Source of the DNA: Cycloclasticus sp. symbiont of Poecilosclerida sp. N | GTDB taxonomy: Bacteria > Pseudomonadota > Gammaproteobacteria > Methylococcales > Cycloclasticaceae | Reading direction: 5' to 3' | DNA length: 64,000 bases | Assembly: GCA_002101205.1 (NCBI GenBank) | Contig: LWTM01000076.1 | Span: forward strand, 122,810-186,809 | Part shown: positions 30,343 through 40,045 of the stretch, in pieces | Numbering within the stretch: position 1 is the first letter of the stretch | Layout of the letters: every line of letters begins with the position of its first letter | Program-made: the position numbers and the translations under genes | The notes under the pieces: generated by a model | Database searches by the model: none | What the model was told of the DNA's origin: nothing | The model's input: the letters and a program-made list of their open reading frames with translations, nothing else

Positions 30343-31108
30343 TTATCGCTTATATTTATTAGCTGATTTTTTTGTCATCTCTTTTAGTTCACTCACAGAT
30401 TTTCTATTCTGAATAATGGCAAAATTATTTTGCGCTTCAACTGTTAAGCGTTCAATTCGTGTTTCTTTATTTTCACCTTGATTGATTAAATAGGCGTTAA
30501 TAGTTTCTAAACCTGATAGCACAATCAAGCTTTCAATATCCGCTACATCCCTAATATTTAAGCCTTGTTTGTGTAAATCTGGATTTTTATTTTGCCACTG
30601 TTTTGCGGTTTTACCAAACATGATCAAATTTAAACTATCTGCTGTTTAAATTTTGGTAGTTTTAGTTTTCCCAGTTGTTTTTTAATGGCATTGGTGTGAA
30701 TTTCATAATTAGTTGTGCTAAAGCTTCTCTTAGCCTGCCGTTCTAGCGAATAAGTGGTTTGCTGCTCTAATTCTTTAAGTTTTTGAAACTCTTTGATTAA
30801 ATAAAGTGTAAATTCAGGCGACAACCAACTGGCAATCCAAAAGCAATATCCTTATGTGCATAAGTGCCACCATACCGGCCAGCCTTAGAATAAATACCGA
30901 TGGCGTTAGTGGTTTTTGTCCATTTCTCTGGTGATAATGAAAAGCTATTCTCGCCCGTCTGATTTTTAACCGCCTCAAATTCGAGGCGGTTAAAATTTGG
31001 GTTGTTTTGCATCTCCCATAAACCCAAAAAACTAATAGTAAAGTTGGTTCGCATCCAATTTTGCACTACAAACCTTGGCTCATCTGGATTTTTCCACTTT
31101 GCCATATC
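30343..31108 (-). pseudogene. KilA-N domain DNA-binding protein gene, frameshifted and 5'-truncated by the IS5 fragment
   Basis: It is split over three ORFs. FLGLWEMQNNPNFNRLEFEAVKNQTGENSFSLSPEKWTKTTNAIGIYSKAGRYGGTYAHKDIAF, then SPEFTLYLIKEFQKLKE, match the KilA-N family pattern recalled from memory. Confidence 0.55.
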
Positions 31109-31109
31109 C

Positions 31110-31569
31110 GTCAAAGTGTGACGCCAGGTAATGTTCACGATTCTCAAGAGCGTGATACCTTATTGTTAGGTGATGAGAGTGCACTGTATGCGGATGCTGC
31201 TTATAGTTCACAACAGACCCGAGATAAGTTAGCTAAGTTCGTCATTGCCGATCAAGTGCAACGCAAGGGGTATCGAGGTAAACCTTTATCAAAACAAGAG
31301 CAAGCCCGCAACAAAGCCATTGCGGTCACTCGAGCAGGTGGTGAGCGACCCTTTGCTACATATAAGAGATATTATGGGGCTGGGCAAAAATGCAACCTTT
31401 TTTGGTTTAGCTGCCATGGCTGCGCACATTCGCAAAGGGGCTAAGTTTTTAACGCTCTACGGTATACCAGAGCCAAGTTATGCGGGGTAACTGTGTCAAA
31501 AATCAGGGAAAAGTACTGAAGAGTGGATAAAGTTGTTGGTTATACCTCCAGCACACGTACTGAGGTCTC
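31110..31569 (+). mobile_element. Defective IS5-family element, copy 2 (5'-truncated transposase with frameshift, plus right end)
   Basis: GNVHDSQ...LLLGDESALYADAAYSS...RKGYRGKPLS...ERPFATYKRYYG is the DDE C-terminal half. A 23-bp deletion relative to copy 1 shifts the frame. The terminal sequence ACACGTACTGAGGTCTC lies at 31553-31569. Confidence 0.7.
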
Positions 31570-31855
31570 GATGTAATTAAAGCGTACAAATTAGCTAATA
31601 AATAGCTTCGGCGGACAAGAATTCAAAGCGTTAGTCCTCGCAAGGAAAAATGAAGATTATTTACCCAATTTTCGGTGACTAATTTCAATGGCAAGGAAGG
31701 TGGGTTGAATTTAATCATTCCCAGAGGTAGAAAAAACCAGGTGTTAGTGTTTATTCATTCTGCCCTCGGCAATCGTAGTTGACCCTTTTCAATAATAATG
31801 CAATGCTCGTCCCTAGTCCTAGGACACGGGACGTTGAATAATTAAGGTTATCACC

Positions 31856-32494
31856 ATGAAAGGACAAGACATAGGTTTATTGCTAAAACTAATCTGCTTA
31901 CACAAGCAAGAAAAGCGAGTTTTGTCGTGTTTTGGTGCCGACATAAGGGATTGGGACAAGCAAAATAGCTTTAAAGAGGGTGAGCTTAGTCACCAACTTT
32001 TTGATAAGCAGGCAAACCAGTACAGTGTTCGTGCTCTAGCCGAATCTACAGGTATTAGTAAATCCCAGGTTAATTTGGCATTACAGCGATGCTTTGAAAT
32101 CGGCTTGGCAAAGCAGGGCCGCCACGCAGGCTCGCCTAGTGCAAATGCGAATGAACTCAGAAATCTTATTGTTTACGGTGTGCGTTATATGTTCCCCGTA
32201 AAGTTAGGCTCCATGACTCGTGGCATTAGAACTACTTTGGCTGCACCAGTCTTTAAAGAGGCGCTAATGAGTGCGGGTGATCTTGTGCCAGTTTGGCCCG
32301 ATCCAGAGGGCAAGATTAAAGGCTTATCAGTAGAGCCGCTATTCAAGTCAGTTCCTTATGCAATTAAAAAAGAACGAGATGATGACTTTTATGGGTTGCT
32401 CGCGCTGGTTGATTCCATTCGTTTAGGTCAGGCAAGAGAGCGAAATCTCGCGATAAAAATGCTTGATAAATGGCTAGAGGATTCAGGGAAATGA
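31856..32494 (+). CDS. Hypothetical winged-helix/HTH protein, putative antitoxin-like partner of the downstream nucleotidyltransferase
   Basis: 212 aa with an HTH-like segment YSVRALAESTGISKSQVNLALQRCFEIGLA. Its stop codon overlaps the start of the next gene (ATGA). No family is recognised with certainty. Confidence 0.45.
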   Translation: MKGQDIGLLLKLICLHKQEKRVLSCFGADIRDWDKQNSFKEGELSHQLFDKQANQYSVRALAESTGISKSQVNLALQRCFEIGLAKQGRHAGSPSANANELRNLIVYGVRYMFPVKLGSMTRGIRTTLAAPVFKEALMSAGDLVPVWPDPEGKIKGLSVEPLFKSVPYAIKKERDDDFYGLLALVDSIRLGQARERNLAIKMLDKWLEDSGK

Positions 32495-33193
32495 TGAATA
32501 TAAATACTCACCGCAAGATGATCCAACAAGTAGCTGATGCATTAGGGCTCGCATTATGTAAACAGATGGCCTTTGTGGGTGGTTGTACAACAGGATTAAT
32601 GCTGCCGGATGACTTCACAAAGGAGCAAGTTAGACACACAGATGATGTGGATCTTATTATCCATGTGGTGAATTACCCATCGTATTTAACGCTAAAACAA
32701 GAGCTATCTGAACGCGGTTTTAAAGAGGTGCTGGAGCATAATGACCCCCATTTGTGCCATGCGATTGGGCGAGTTGCGTGTTGATTTTATGCCAGACAAT
32801 GAAGATATTCTAAACTTTGGTAATTGTTGGTACCAAATGGCCTGGGAAACAGCAGATGATTATCCGATAACTGAAGAGACAAGTATTCGTTTGGTGAAGC
32901 CGGTTTACTTCGTTGCCACAAAATTACAAGCCTACCTTGGACGTGGAAACAATGACCCGCTAGCAAGTCGAGACATAGAGGATATCTTAAATATATTCGA
33001 TGGACGTAGGGAAATTACCAATGAAATTTTAGATGCCAGCCCCGAGCTGGTGCAATTCATTGCCAAGCAAATTAGCAGCTTATTGACTGATGCAAGTTTT
33101 GTATACGCAGTACAAAGCGCATCTCTGAATGATTCAGGCAGAGAGGAGCTAATTTATAAGCGTTTAGAAGAGATTGCCAAGGTTTCTGAATAA
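32491..33193 (+). pseudogene. Nucleotidyltransferase (AbiEii/AbiGii-toxin-like), interrupted by a frameshift in a C5 tract
   Basis: VGGCTTGLML...RHTDDVDLII is an NTase GG...DxD-type motif. KLQAYLGRGNNDPLASRDIEDILNI is a C-terminal AbiEii-like motif. The frame switches at CCCCC 32745-32749, and removing one C gives a continuous HNDPICAMRLGELRVDFMP. Confidence 0.6.
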
Positions 33194-33384
33194 TGTACTG
33201 GCAATGGACAACACGCAAAGGCAACGAGCGCAGTACAAATAATGATGCGGTTGAGCCGGAATATGCAGTTGTCCCAATTAATATTGAAAGCCTGATTACT
33301 AGCGAGTTAATCGAAAACCAGCGGATTGAATTCAAACAATGCTGGAATCCTCAAATGATGTTGAGGACATGCGTTCCTATATGA
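33193..33384 (+). pseudogene. Possible N-terminal fragment of an AlbA_2 (Schlafen-like) domain protein
   Basis: ESLITSELIENQRIEFKQCW resembles the start of AlbA_2/divergent AAA regulators. It overlaps the upstream stop codon (TAATG). Only 63 codons remain. Confidence 0.3.
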
Positions 33385-33421
33385 CAAGGCGAATAATTGC
33401 AAAGGTCGAGTGATTACTCTA

Positions 33422-33445
33422 TATTATTCGTGAAAGTGAATAATA
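33422..33445. promoter_or_regulatory. Palindrome upstream of hipB (candidate operator)
   Basis: TATTATTC-N8-GAATAATA about 50 nt upstream of the hipB start. A second small palindrome, GTTAA-N6-TTAAC, follows. Confidence 0.35.
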
Positions 33446-33493
33446 CTGGTGTAATACCATGTTAATATTTGTTAACGCAAATAAGGGGAGCGT

Positions 33494-33829
33494 GTGGACT
33501 TTGAACTTATGACTGACCGTGACATCGTTATAGCCTTGGGGCGGCAGTATGACCAGCTAAGGCGACACAAACAATTACAAGACAAAGACATATTGGCAAC
33601 GAGTGGTACAAGTTCATCGGTGTTGGCTAAGTTTCGCGGTGGGAAAGGGAATATAACGCTGGAGACGTTCGTTAAGTTAATGAGAGCTGTAGGTGAGTTG
33701 GATAAGTTAGAGTCCTTGTTGCCTGTTCCTGAGCAATATAGTCCGACACAACAAAAGAAAGCGTTACCTGAACGGGTCCGTAAGCCTAAAAATGTGAAGC
33801 CTACGTTTAAATGGGGTAATGATCAGTGA
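33494..33829 (+). CDS. hipB: HTH (XRE-like) antitoxin HipB-like
   Basis: 111 aa. It overlaps the hipA start (GTGA). HTH-like region GTSSSVLAKFRGGKGNITLETFVKLMRAVG. Confidence 0.65.
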   Translation: MDFELMTDRDIVIALGRQYDQLRRHKQLQDKDILATSGTSSSVLAKFRGGKGNITLETFVKLMRAVGELDKLESLLPVPEQYSPTQQKKALPERVRKPKNVKPTFKWGNDQ

Positions 33830-35142
33830 CTCAGGTGGTAGAGGTAAGGTTATGGGGCACGACCATTGGTTACCTTGGTTATGCACCTGGGCAAACAGAA
33901 GTGGCTACCTTTGAATATACGGCTGAGTTTGCTGAATCTGGTATTCAAGTGTCACCCTTGCAAATGATTGCTCCTGCGATGATCCATAGTTTTCCTGATA
34001 TTAGCCAGCGAACATTTAAAGGTTTACCAGGTATTGTGGCGGATAGCTTGCCTGATAAGTTTGGTAATCAATTGATTGATCTTTTTATGGCGGAAAAGAA
34101 TATTGCACCGGACTCCATCACTGCATTGGGTCGGTTGTTATATATTGGTTCTAGGGGAATGGGAGCTTTAGAGTATCACCCTGATGAGTCATTTTCTGGT
34201 GAGGGTTATAAAGACCTTGCTTTAGATGTGCATACGTTGGCTGAATTAGCGGCTTGTGTGGTCTCACGAGACACTAAAAAACGAGACCAATTATTGAGTG
34301 TGGATAATCGCTCTCAAGCATTACGACTCGTTCGTATTGGTTCAAGTGCTGGTGGTGCACGTTCAAAGGCGTTGGTTGCATATTCGCCTTCTGGTGTTGT
34401 TAAAGATGGCACTGAAGATCATGGGGTTGATCATCGCTACTATTTATTGAAATTTGATAGTGAAAACAATCAGGATAGAGACCACCGTGATCCTAAAGGG
34501 ATGACGCGAGTGGAGTATATTTATTCACAGATTGCTCGTGAATGTCAGATTGATATGCCTGAGACGGTCTATATTATCGACGGGGATGACTTTCATTATT
34601 TAATCGAGCGCTTTGACTTAATCAATAACAACGGTCGATTGGAGAAGCTTCATTACGCTTCATGGTGTGGCATTAATCATGCGCATCGAGATGCTACAGG
34701 TGCGTATGGGTATGAACAGTTGATTATGACGGCAAAGCAGTTGGGTTTAGGGCAGTCGGTGTTAACTGAGATATTTAAGCGCGCGGTTTTTAATATTGTT
34801 GGCTGCAATCAAGATGACCATACAAAGAACTTTGGCTTTTTAATGAACAAGGCGGGGGAGTGGTCTTTAGCGCCGGCGTTTGATTTAACGTATGCGTTTG
34901 ATCCTCAGGGTATGTGGACGAGTACGCATCAGATAAAACTGTCGGGAAAACAAACTGATTTTGTTAGAGAGGATTTATTGAAGTTTGCTGAATACTGTCA
35001 CCTTAATGAGAGAAAAGCAGGCGTGATAATTGAGCGGACAACGGCGGCTTTTCAGCAATTTGAAGTGCAGGCGAAAAAGTTGGCTGTCAGTAACGAATTA
35101 TTATGCACAGTGCGTGATAATTTGAGGCTGAACTTGAGCTAA
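33826..35142 (+). CDS. hipA: Type II toxin HipA-family Ser/Thr kinase
   Basis: 438 aa with HipA N-domain motifs (GLPGIVADSLPDKFGN, GMGALEY, SSAGGARSKAL) and the catalytic region NQDDHTKNFGFLM. Confidence 0.88.
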   Translation: MTQVVEVRLWGTTIGYLGYAPGQTEVATFEYTAEFAESGIQVSPLQMIAPAMIHSFPDISQRTFKGLPGIVADSLPDKFGNQLIDLFMAEKNIAPDSITALGRLLYIGSRGMGALEYHPDESFSGEGYKDLALDVHTLAELAACVVSRDTKKRDQLLSVDNRSQALRLVRIGSSAGGARSKALVAYSPSGVVKDGTEDHGVDHRYYLLKFDSENNQDRDHRDPKGMTRVEYIYSQIARECQIDMPETVYIIDGDDFHYLIERFDLINNNGRLEKLHYASWCGINHAHRDATGAYGYEQLIMTAKQLGLGQSVLTEIFKRAVFNIVGCNQDDHTKNFGFLMNKAGEWSLAPAFDLTYAFDPQGMWTSTHQIKLSGKQTDFVREDLLKFAEYCHLNERKAGVIIERTTAAFQQFEVQAKKLAVSNELLCTVRDNLRLNLS

Positions 35143-35190
35143 GACTGGAGCCAATGGTAGTAATGTACATACATAGATAAAATAAAAATT

Positions 35191-35936
35191 ATGCAAATAG
35201 AACGGCTAACACAAAGCATTGAAGCCAAATTTAATAAAAGCCGTTTGGTGTTCTGGTACGACTCGGAGCAGAGCTTTAATGATGAAATAGTAAGCCTTAC
35301 TATTGATAAGGTGACAGTTCTGGATATGTCGGCCGCATCAATTTTTGAGACGAAGAAGCGCATTGAGTTGGATGAGGCCACAGCTCGATTTTTATTGTGT
35401 TTCCCCTACGAAGAACCGGTAGCTGAACGAGATCGGTTGTTTAATGAGCACGTGCACGGCCTGTTTAGTAAAGGGCCGAGATGTTCCGCCAACTGGACGA
35501 GAACTTGGAGAACCTTTATACCAATTGGTACTTACATGAGTTAGGTCTTGCGTGGGATGGGCATATTGAGAAAGAGGCATTACTAGAAAATTGGCATTTA
35601 CCTGCGGTTAGTAATCAGTATGAATTTTATGCGACTGAAGTTAAGAAGCGATTAGCTAAACAAGGGACTAAGCGTGTTTTTGTAATCATTTCTGACGCTA
35701 TGCGCTTTGAAGTGGCGCATGAGTTAAAAACCATGATTGGCCAAGAGAAGCGATTTGAGACGACTCTTGTGAGCCAATTGGGTGTGTTGCCTAATTATAC
35801 GCAGCTTGGGATGGCGTCTTTATTACCTCATTCTGGTTTATCTTATCAGCCAGAAAAGGAATCTTCTGTGTATGTGGATGGTCAATCTTCACAAGGACTG
35901 GATAATAGACATTCTATTCTGCAAAAAGTTAATTGA
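35191..35936 (+). pseudogene. pglZ: BREX PglZ (alkaline-phosphatase-like) remnant with a large internal deletion, a frameshift and a 3' truncation
   Basis: N-terminus SRLVFWYDSEQSFNDE...RFLLCFPYEEP. After the frameshift comes VFVIISDAMRFEVAHEL...LGVLPNYTQLGMASLLPHSGL...VDGQSSQGLDNRHSIL. These match conserved PglZ motifs, but only about 250 of the roughly 850 aa expected from memory remain. Confidence 0.65.
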
Positions 35937-35953
35937 AAACAAAGATAGGAATG

Positions 35954-37231
35954 TTATTTGAAAAGCCCTTTTTTGACCTTATGAGCAGCAAACCAAACGC
36001 TCATCAATACGACAGGGATTGATGCGCCAACGAACAGGTCGATTTGGATAGGTACCCCCCCTGTTTTTAGAGCTTTGGCTAGATAGCTCATAAGCCCCAC
36101 GATGTAGTAACTTATGGCGGCAATAGAAAGACCCTCAACAGTTTGTTGCAGTCTTAATTGTATATGAGCTCGTTTATCCATCGAGTTAAGCAATTTCTGG
36201 TTTTGAGACTCAACAGCTAAATTGATACGTGCCATAAGAATTTGGCTTGCTCTGGAAACATGCACGGACAAGCTTTCGAGCATCGATGCGATTGATTCAG
36301 ACGCATTCATTGCAGGTTCAAAGCGACGCTCTAAATACCGTGAAATCATTTGCCTACCTTCTACCCTGTTTTCACGAATTCTTTTTACACGGTCACTAAC
36401 AATTGACCTGTAAGCGCGTGTCGCACTAAAGCGATACGAAGTGCTGGCAATAATTTGTTCAATGTTTGCCTCAAGCGCAGTTAAATCGCTCAATAAATCA
36501 TGCTCTTCTTGCAATGTTTCGGTTGCAGACATTCGTTGGGTGATTTCGGTCAAACGGAAGCCCATTTCTCTAAGCGGTTTACCGTACTGCTCAACCAAGG
36601 GGAGGGCAAGTAAAGCGAGCATGCGGTACGTCTCTAGTTCTAATAAATGCCGAACAAGGCGACCTGTGGTTTGCGGCGTTAGGTTGCTATCAAATATCAA
36701 AACATTGCTAAAGCTATCTTCCTGAAGTTGAAAATCCGTCCAAGCTTGCGCTGCGGTACCAGCCACTAAACTGGCAACGAGGCTATCTTGTTGGAAATGT
36801 TTAGTAACAGTAGCTTGTATGCTACTTGGTTCACAAGAAGACATAATTTCGATGTGCTGAGCAACTAACAGGTCACCTTTAATAGCGTTAATCCATTCGC
36901 TTGGAATACCGTCGATGGCCTTGCTGGAAAAGGCCTCTTTGCTTTGCTTTGTTGTAACGATTGAATAGGTGGAAAATTCTGTGTGTTTAGCCCACTTTAT
37001 CGTAATGCCTTGAAAGCAAGCGTCGTAATGTGTGGCATTTATGTTAGGTGGGGCAACGCCATATTGTTCAGCCAACACACACAAGTGTTCGCACTCATCT
37101 TTGGCGCTTATTTGATCCGTAATTAAGGCCAAATGAGAGACTTGTACAGGCGTGGTAAAATCGGAGTAAGGCCGTACATGTGACTCGTTAAATAAACGGT
37201 GACGTAACGGGTGTTCAGTCGGTAATGTCAT
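35954..37231 (-). CDS. DUF3422-family membrane-anchored protein
   Basis: 425 aa. The N-terminus EHPLRHRLFNESHVRPY and two C-terminal TM helices fit DUF3422 as recalled from memory. Confidence 0.55.
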   Translation of the reverse strand: MTLPTEHPLRHRLFNESHVRPYSDFTTPVQVSHLALITDQISAKDECEHLCVLAEQYGVAPPNINATHYDACFQGITIKWAKHTEFSTYSIVTTKQSKEAFSSKAIDGIPSEWINAIKGDLLVAQHIEIMSSCEPSSIQATVTKHFQQDSLVASLVAGTAAQAWTDFQLQEDSFSNVLIFDSNLTPQTTGRLVRHLLELETYRMLALLALPLVEQYGKPLREMGFRLTEITQRMSATETLQEEHDLLSDLTALEANIEQIIASTSYRFSATRAYRSIVSDRVKRIRENRVEGRQMISRYLERRFEPAMNASESIASMLESLSVHVSRASQILMARINLAVESQNQKLLNSMDKRAHIQLRLQQTVEGLSIAAISYYIVGLMSYLAKALKTGGVPIQIDLFVGASIPVVLMSVWFAAHKVKKGLFK

Positions 37232-37387
37232 ACAGCTTATTGTTAATTGAAATAATTATAGGGATGTTAGCGTAGTTAATTTTGAGAGGCAATAATAACG
37301 ATGCAGACGTACTACTTTAAATGCTGTCAGGGTTTTGTATAAGGTGGTATCTTTGCAATTATAAATCGACGACTAAAAGGATAAAAT

Positions 37388-37897
37388 ATGATTGGTGTCG
37401 ACCATAAATATTTGAATGTAATACTCATTTTTTTCTTGATGCTTAGCCTAAGTGCCTGCGCCGATAATGCAGACATTATGGTTGTTAAGGCTAAGAGCAA
37501 TAAGACAGCGATGAAACTAGACGTGTTTAAAAGCCCAACATGTGAGTGTTGCGGGCGCTGGGTAAACCACATCGATTCTTTGGGCTTTAAAGCGGTCATA
37601 CACCACCCTCTAGACCTAAGTGGAGTGAAGCAGAAACTGGGCGTTGCTCCACAGTATCAATCTTGTCATACAGGCGTATCAAAAGAAGGCTATATTTTTG
37701 AAGGGCATATCCCCGCAGAAGTTATGCAACGTTTTTTAGCCGAAAGGCCTAAAAACGCATTGGGCCTAGCCGTGCCAGGAATGCCTGTGGGTAGCCCTGG
37801 TATGGAAATGGGTGATCGCTATGACAGTTATGATGTTTTGCTATTAAAAAAAGACGGTAGTTCACAGGTGTATGAGCGTATTCGACACAAAGGTTAA
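37388..37897 (+). CDS. DUF411 (CopG-like) periplasmic metal-binding protein, probable lipoprotein
   Basis: Lipobox LSLSAC plus CECCGRW, SCHTG, GHIP and GMPVGSPGME motifs. Confidence 0.75.
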   Translation: MIGVDHKYLNVILIFFLMLSLSACADNADIMVVKAKSNKTAMKLDVFKSPTCECCGRWVNHIDSLGFKAVIHHPLDLSGVKQKLGVAPQYQSCHTGVSKEGYIFEGHIPAEVMQRFLAERPKNALGLAVPGMPVGSPGMEMGDRYDSYDVLLLKKDGSSQVYERIRHKG

Positions 37898-37904
37898 TAT
37901 ACCT

Positions 37905-38210
37905 AAGGCCTCTGCATCACTACTGCGCTAGACAATGCGGCGTTGCTTAAAGCACCTACTGTTGGTAAAAATTGGCTCAAAATGCTCATTCACACCAGTA
38001 AACCGTACTTTTTAATCAGTTCACTTTCTTTTAACTTGTTTGCCTTAATGCGTGAATTATTACCAGAACAGTTGGCGCAACATCGAGTTGTAACCGTGCC
38101 GCTGGCTCTTTGCCATATTCGCTGCATCGGTTGAAAATGAGGCTTAAAAAACTTATAGGTACTTTTGAAATGCTGATTAAGCTCTATCTGGGAATTTGGG
38201 AACCCCGTTT
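37905..38210 (+). repeat. Composite repeat element, short copy (family A-like left end plus core shared with 54560-55020)
   Basis: 37905-37975 aligns with the left half of the 59.6-kb MITE. 38017-38182 aligns almost base for base with the reverse complement of 54601-54667 plus 54925-55003. ORF 37943-38134 lies inside it and is probably not coding. Confidence 0.6.
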
Positions 38211-38287
38211 AACTTGCAAGTTTCAGCCTACAGGCGATAATACGCGGTTCTAGCCACAGATGTGTGCAACTCAACGATTTAACCACT

Positions 38288-40045
38288 ATGAAAACACGTT
38301 TGACCCATCTCCTTCAGCACGCCATTTCATCTTTGAAGAGCCAAGGTCAACTCCCTGCTGACATAGAGCCTGTTATTAAAATTGAGCACACGCGAAATGC
38401 CTCTCATGGTGATTTTGCCTGCAGTGTCGCCATGACGTTGGCAAAAATCGCTAAGAAAAATCCTCGCCAAGTTGCTCAAAGCATCATTGATAACTTACCC
38501 GATAAAGCTTATATTTCACGCGTAGATATTGCCGGACCTGGGTTTATTAATTTCTTTATTAACCCCCTTAGTCAACACACTATTATTAACACTATCATTG
38601 AGCAGGGCGACCGTTTTGGTCTATCGAATATCGCCAATGGCAAGAAAGTGCAAGTAGAGTTTGTGTCCGCCAACCCAACAGGTCCTTTACACGTGGGGCA
38701 CGGCCGCGGTGCGGCCTATGGCGCAACCGTCTCGAACTTGCTCAGTGCTATCGGTTACGACGTACACCGTGAGTACTACGTGAATGATGCTGGGCGCCAA
38801 ATGGAAATTCTCGCCACTAGTGTCTGGCTCCGCTATCTTGAAGCCTGTGGTGAACAGCTCACGTTCCCAAGCAATGGCTATAAAGGTGATTATATCTTCG
38901 ATATTGCCAACAACCTAAAAGAACAATATGGCGAGCAATATCACGCTAATGCCGTTGATGTTTTCAATAATATCGTAGATGACGAGCCGGCCAATGGCGA
39001 TAAAGAACAACATATTGACGCGTTGATTACCCGCACAAAAGAACTGCTTGGCGACGAGCATTACAGACTTTTTTTTGATACTGCCTTAAAATCAATCTTA
39101 GGCGATATTCGCTGTGATCTTGAGGCCTTTGGTGTGCATTACGACGCGTGGTTTTCTGAGCGCTCACTAATGGACAAAGGCGCAATCAATAACGCCATCG
39201 AAAAGCTTAAAGCCTCTGGCCATATGTATCAAAAAGAAGGGGCATGGTGGTTTAAATCAACCGAGTTTGGCGACGAGAAAGACCGCGTAGTCATTCGCGA
39301 TAACGGTCAAACAACCTACTTTGCGTCGGACATTGCCTACCATTTACAGACCTTAGAACGCGGCTGCGATATCATCGACATTTGGGGCTCAGACCACCAC
39401 GGTTACGTGCCGCGCGTTAAAGCCGCGTTGCAAGCGATGGGCGTAGACCCCGAGCGTATGAAAGTACTGTTAGTGCAATTTGCCGTTTTATATAAAAATG
39501 GCAAAAAGATACAAATGTCCACGCGGTCTGGTCAATTCGTTACCTTGCGAGAATTGCGTGAAGAAATAGGCTCCGACGCTGCTCGTTATTTTTACGTCAT
39601 GCGTAAAGCTGAGCAACACATGGACTTTGATCTAGATTTAGCCGCGTCCCAGTCCAACGAAAACCCGCTTTTCTACGTGCAGTATGCCCACGCACGCATT
39701 TGCAGCGTGATGCACTTAGTCGGCGAAAAGAAGCTTTCTTACACATCAGCAGAAGGCTTAAAGAACCTAAATAAATTAATTGAATCACACGAAGTTAACC
39801 TAGTTGAGACACTCAGTCGTTACCCAGAAACGCTGTTACAAGCCGCCGAACAATACGAACCGCATCAACTGTCACATTATTTACGCAACTTAGCGACGCA
39901 ATTCCATCGCTATTACAATTCACATAAATTTATTATTGATGACAGGCAATTAATGCAAGCGCGGCTCAGCCTTATTAACGCAAGTAAACAAGTTCTACGC
40001 AATGGTTTGACCCTGTTAGGCGTTAGTGCTCCGGAGTCTATGTAA
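38288..40045 (+). CDS. argS: Arginine--tRNA ligase
   Basis: HIGH-type motif [13 protein letters not shown] and an MSTRSG motif. The start is taken at MKTRLTHLL. Confidence 0.95.
   Translation: MKTRLTHLLQHAISSLKSQGQLPADIEPVIKIEHTRNASHGDFACSVAMTLAKIAKKNPRQVAQSIIDNLPDKAYISRVDIAGPGFINFFINPLSQHTIINTIIEQGDRFGLSNIANGKKVQVEFVSANPTGPLHVGHGRGAAYGATVSNLLSAIGYDVHREYYVNDAGRQMEILATSVWLRYLEACGEQLTFPSNGYKGDYIFDIANNLKEQYGEQYHANAVDVFNNIVDDEPANGDKEQHIDALITRTKELLGDEHYRLFFDTALKSILGDIRCDLEAFGVHYDAWFSERSLMDKGAINNAIEKLKASGHMYQKEGAWWFKSTEFGDEKDRVVIRDNGQTTYFASDIAYHLQTLERGCDIIDIWGSDHHGYVPRVKAALQAMGVDPERMKVLLVQFAVLYKNGKKIQMSTRSGQFVTLRELREEIGSDAARYFYVMRKAEQHMDFDLDLAASQSNENPLFYVQYAHARICSVMHLVGEKKLSYTSAEGLKNLNKLIESHEVNLVETLSRYPETLLQAAEQYEPHQLSHYLRNLATQFHRYYNSHKFIIDDRQLMQARLSLINASKQVLRNGLTLLGVSAPESM

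Noticed and set aside
28872-35950. Search for an integrase and an attR copy of the tRNA-Glu 3' end flanking the island.
   Set aside because: I found neither by eye. The 10-nt match CCTAGGACAC at about 31830 corresponds to the tRNA D/anticodon region rather than its 3' end, and it is probably coincidental.
37943-38134. ORFs 37943-38134 and 54745-55020 share the peptide SSLSFNLFAL..LLPEQLAQHR, so they were considered as a small duplicated gene.
   Set aside because: The shared peptide only reflects the shared DNA repeat. The frames diverge outside the repeat and the reverse-strand frame is broken in the long copy. They are treated as non-coding repeat sequence.
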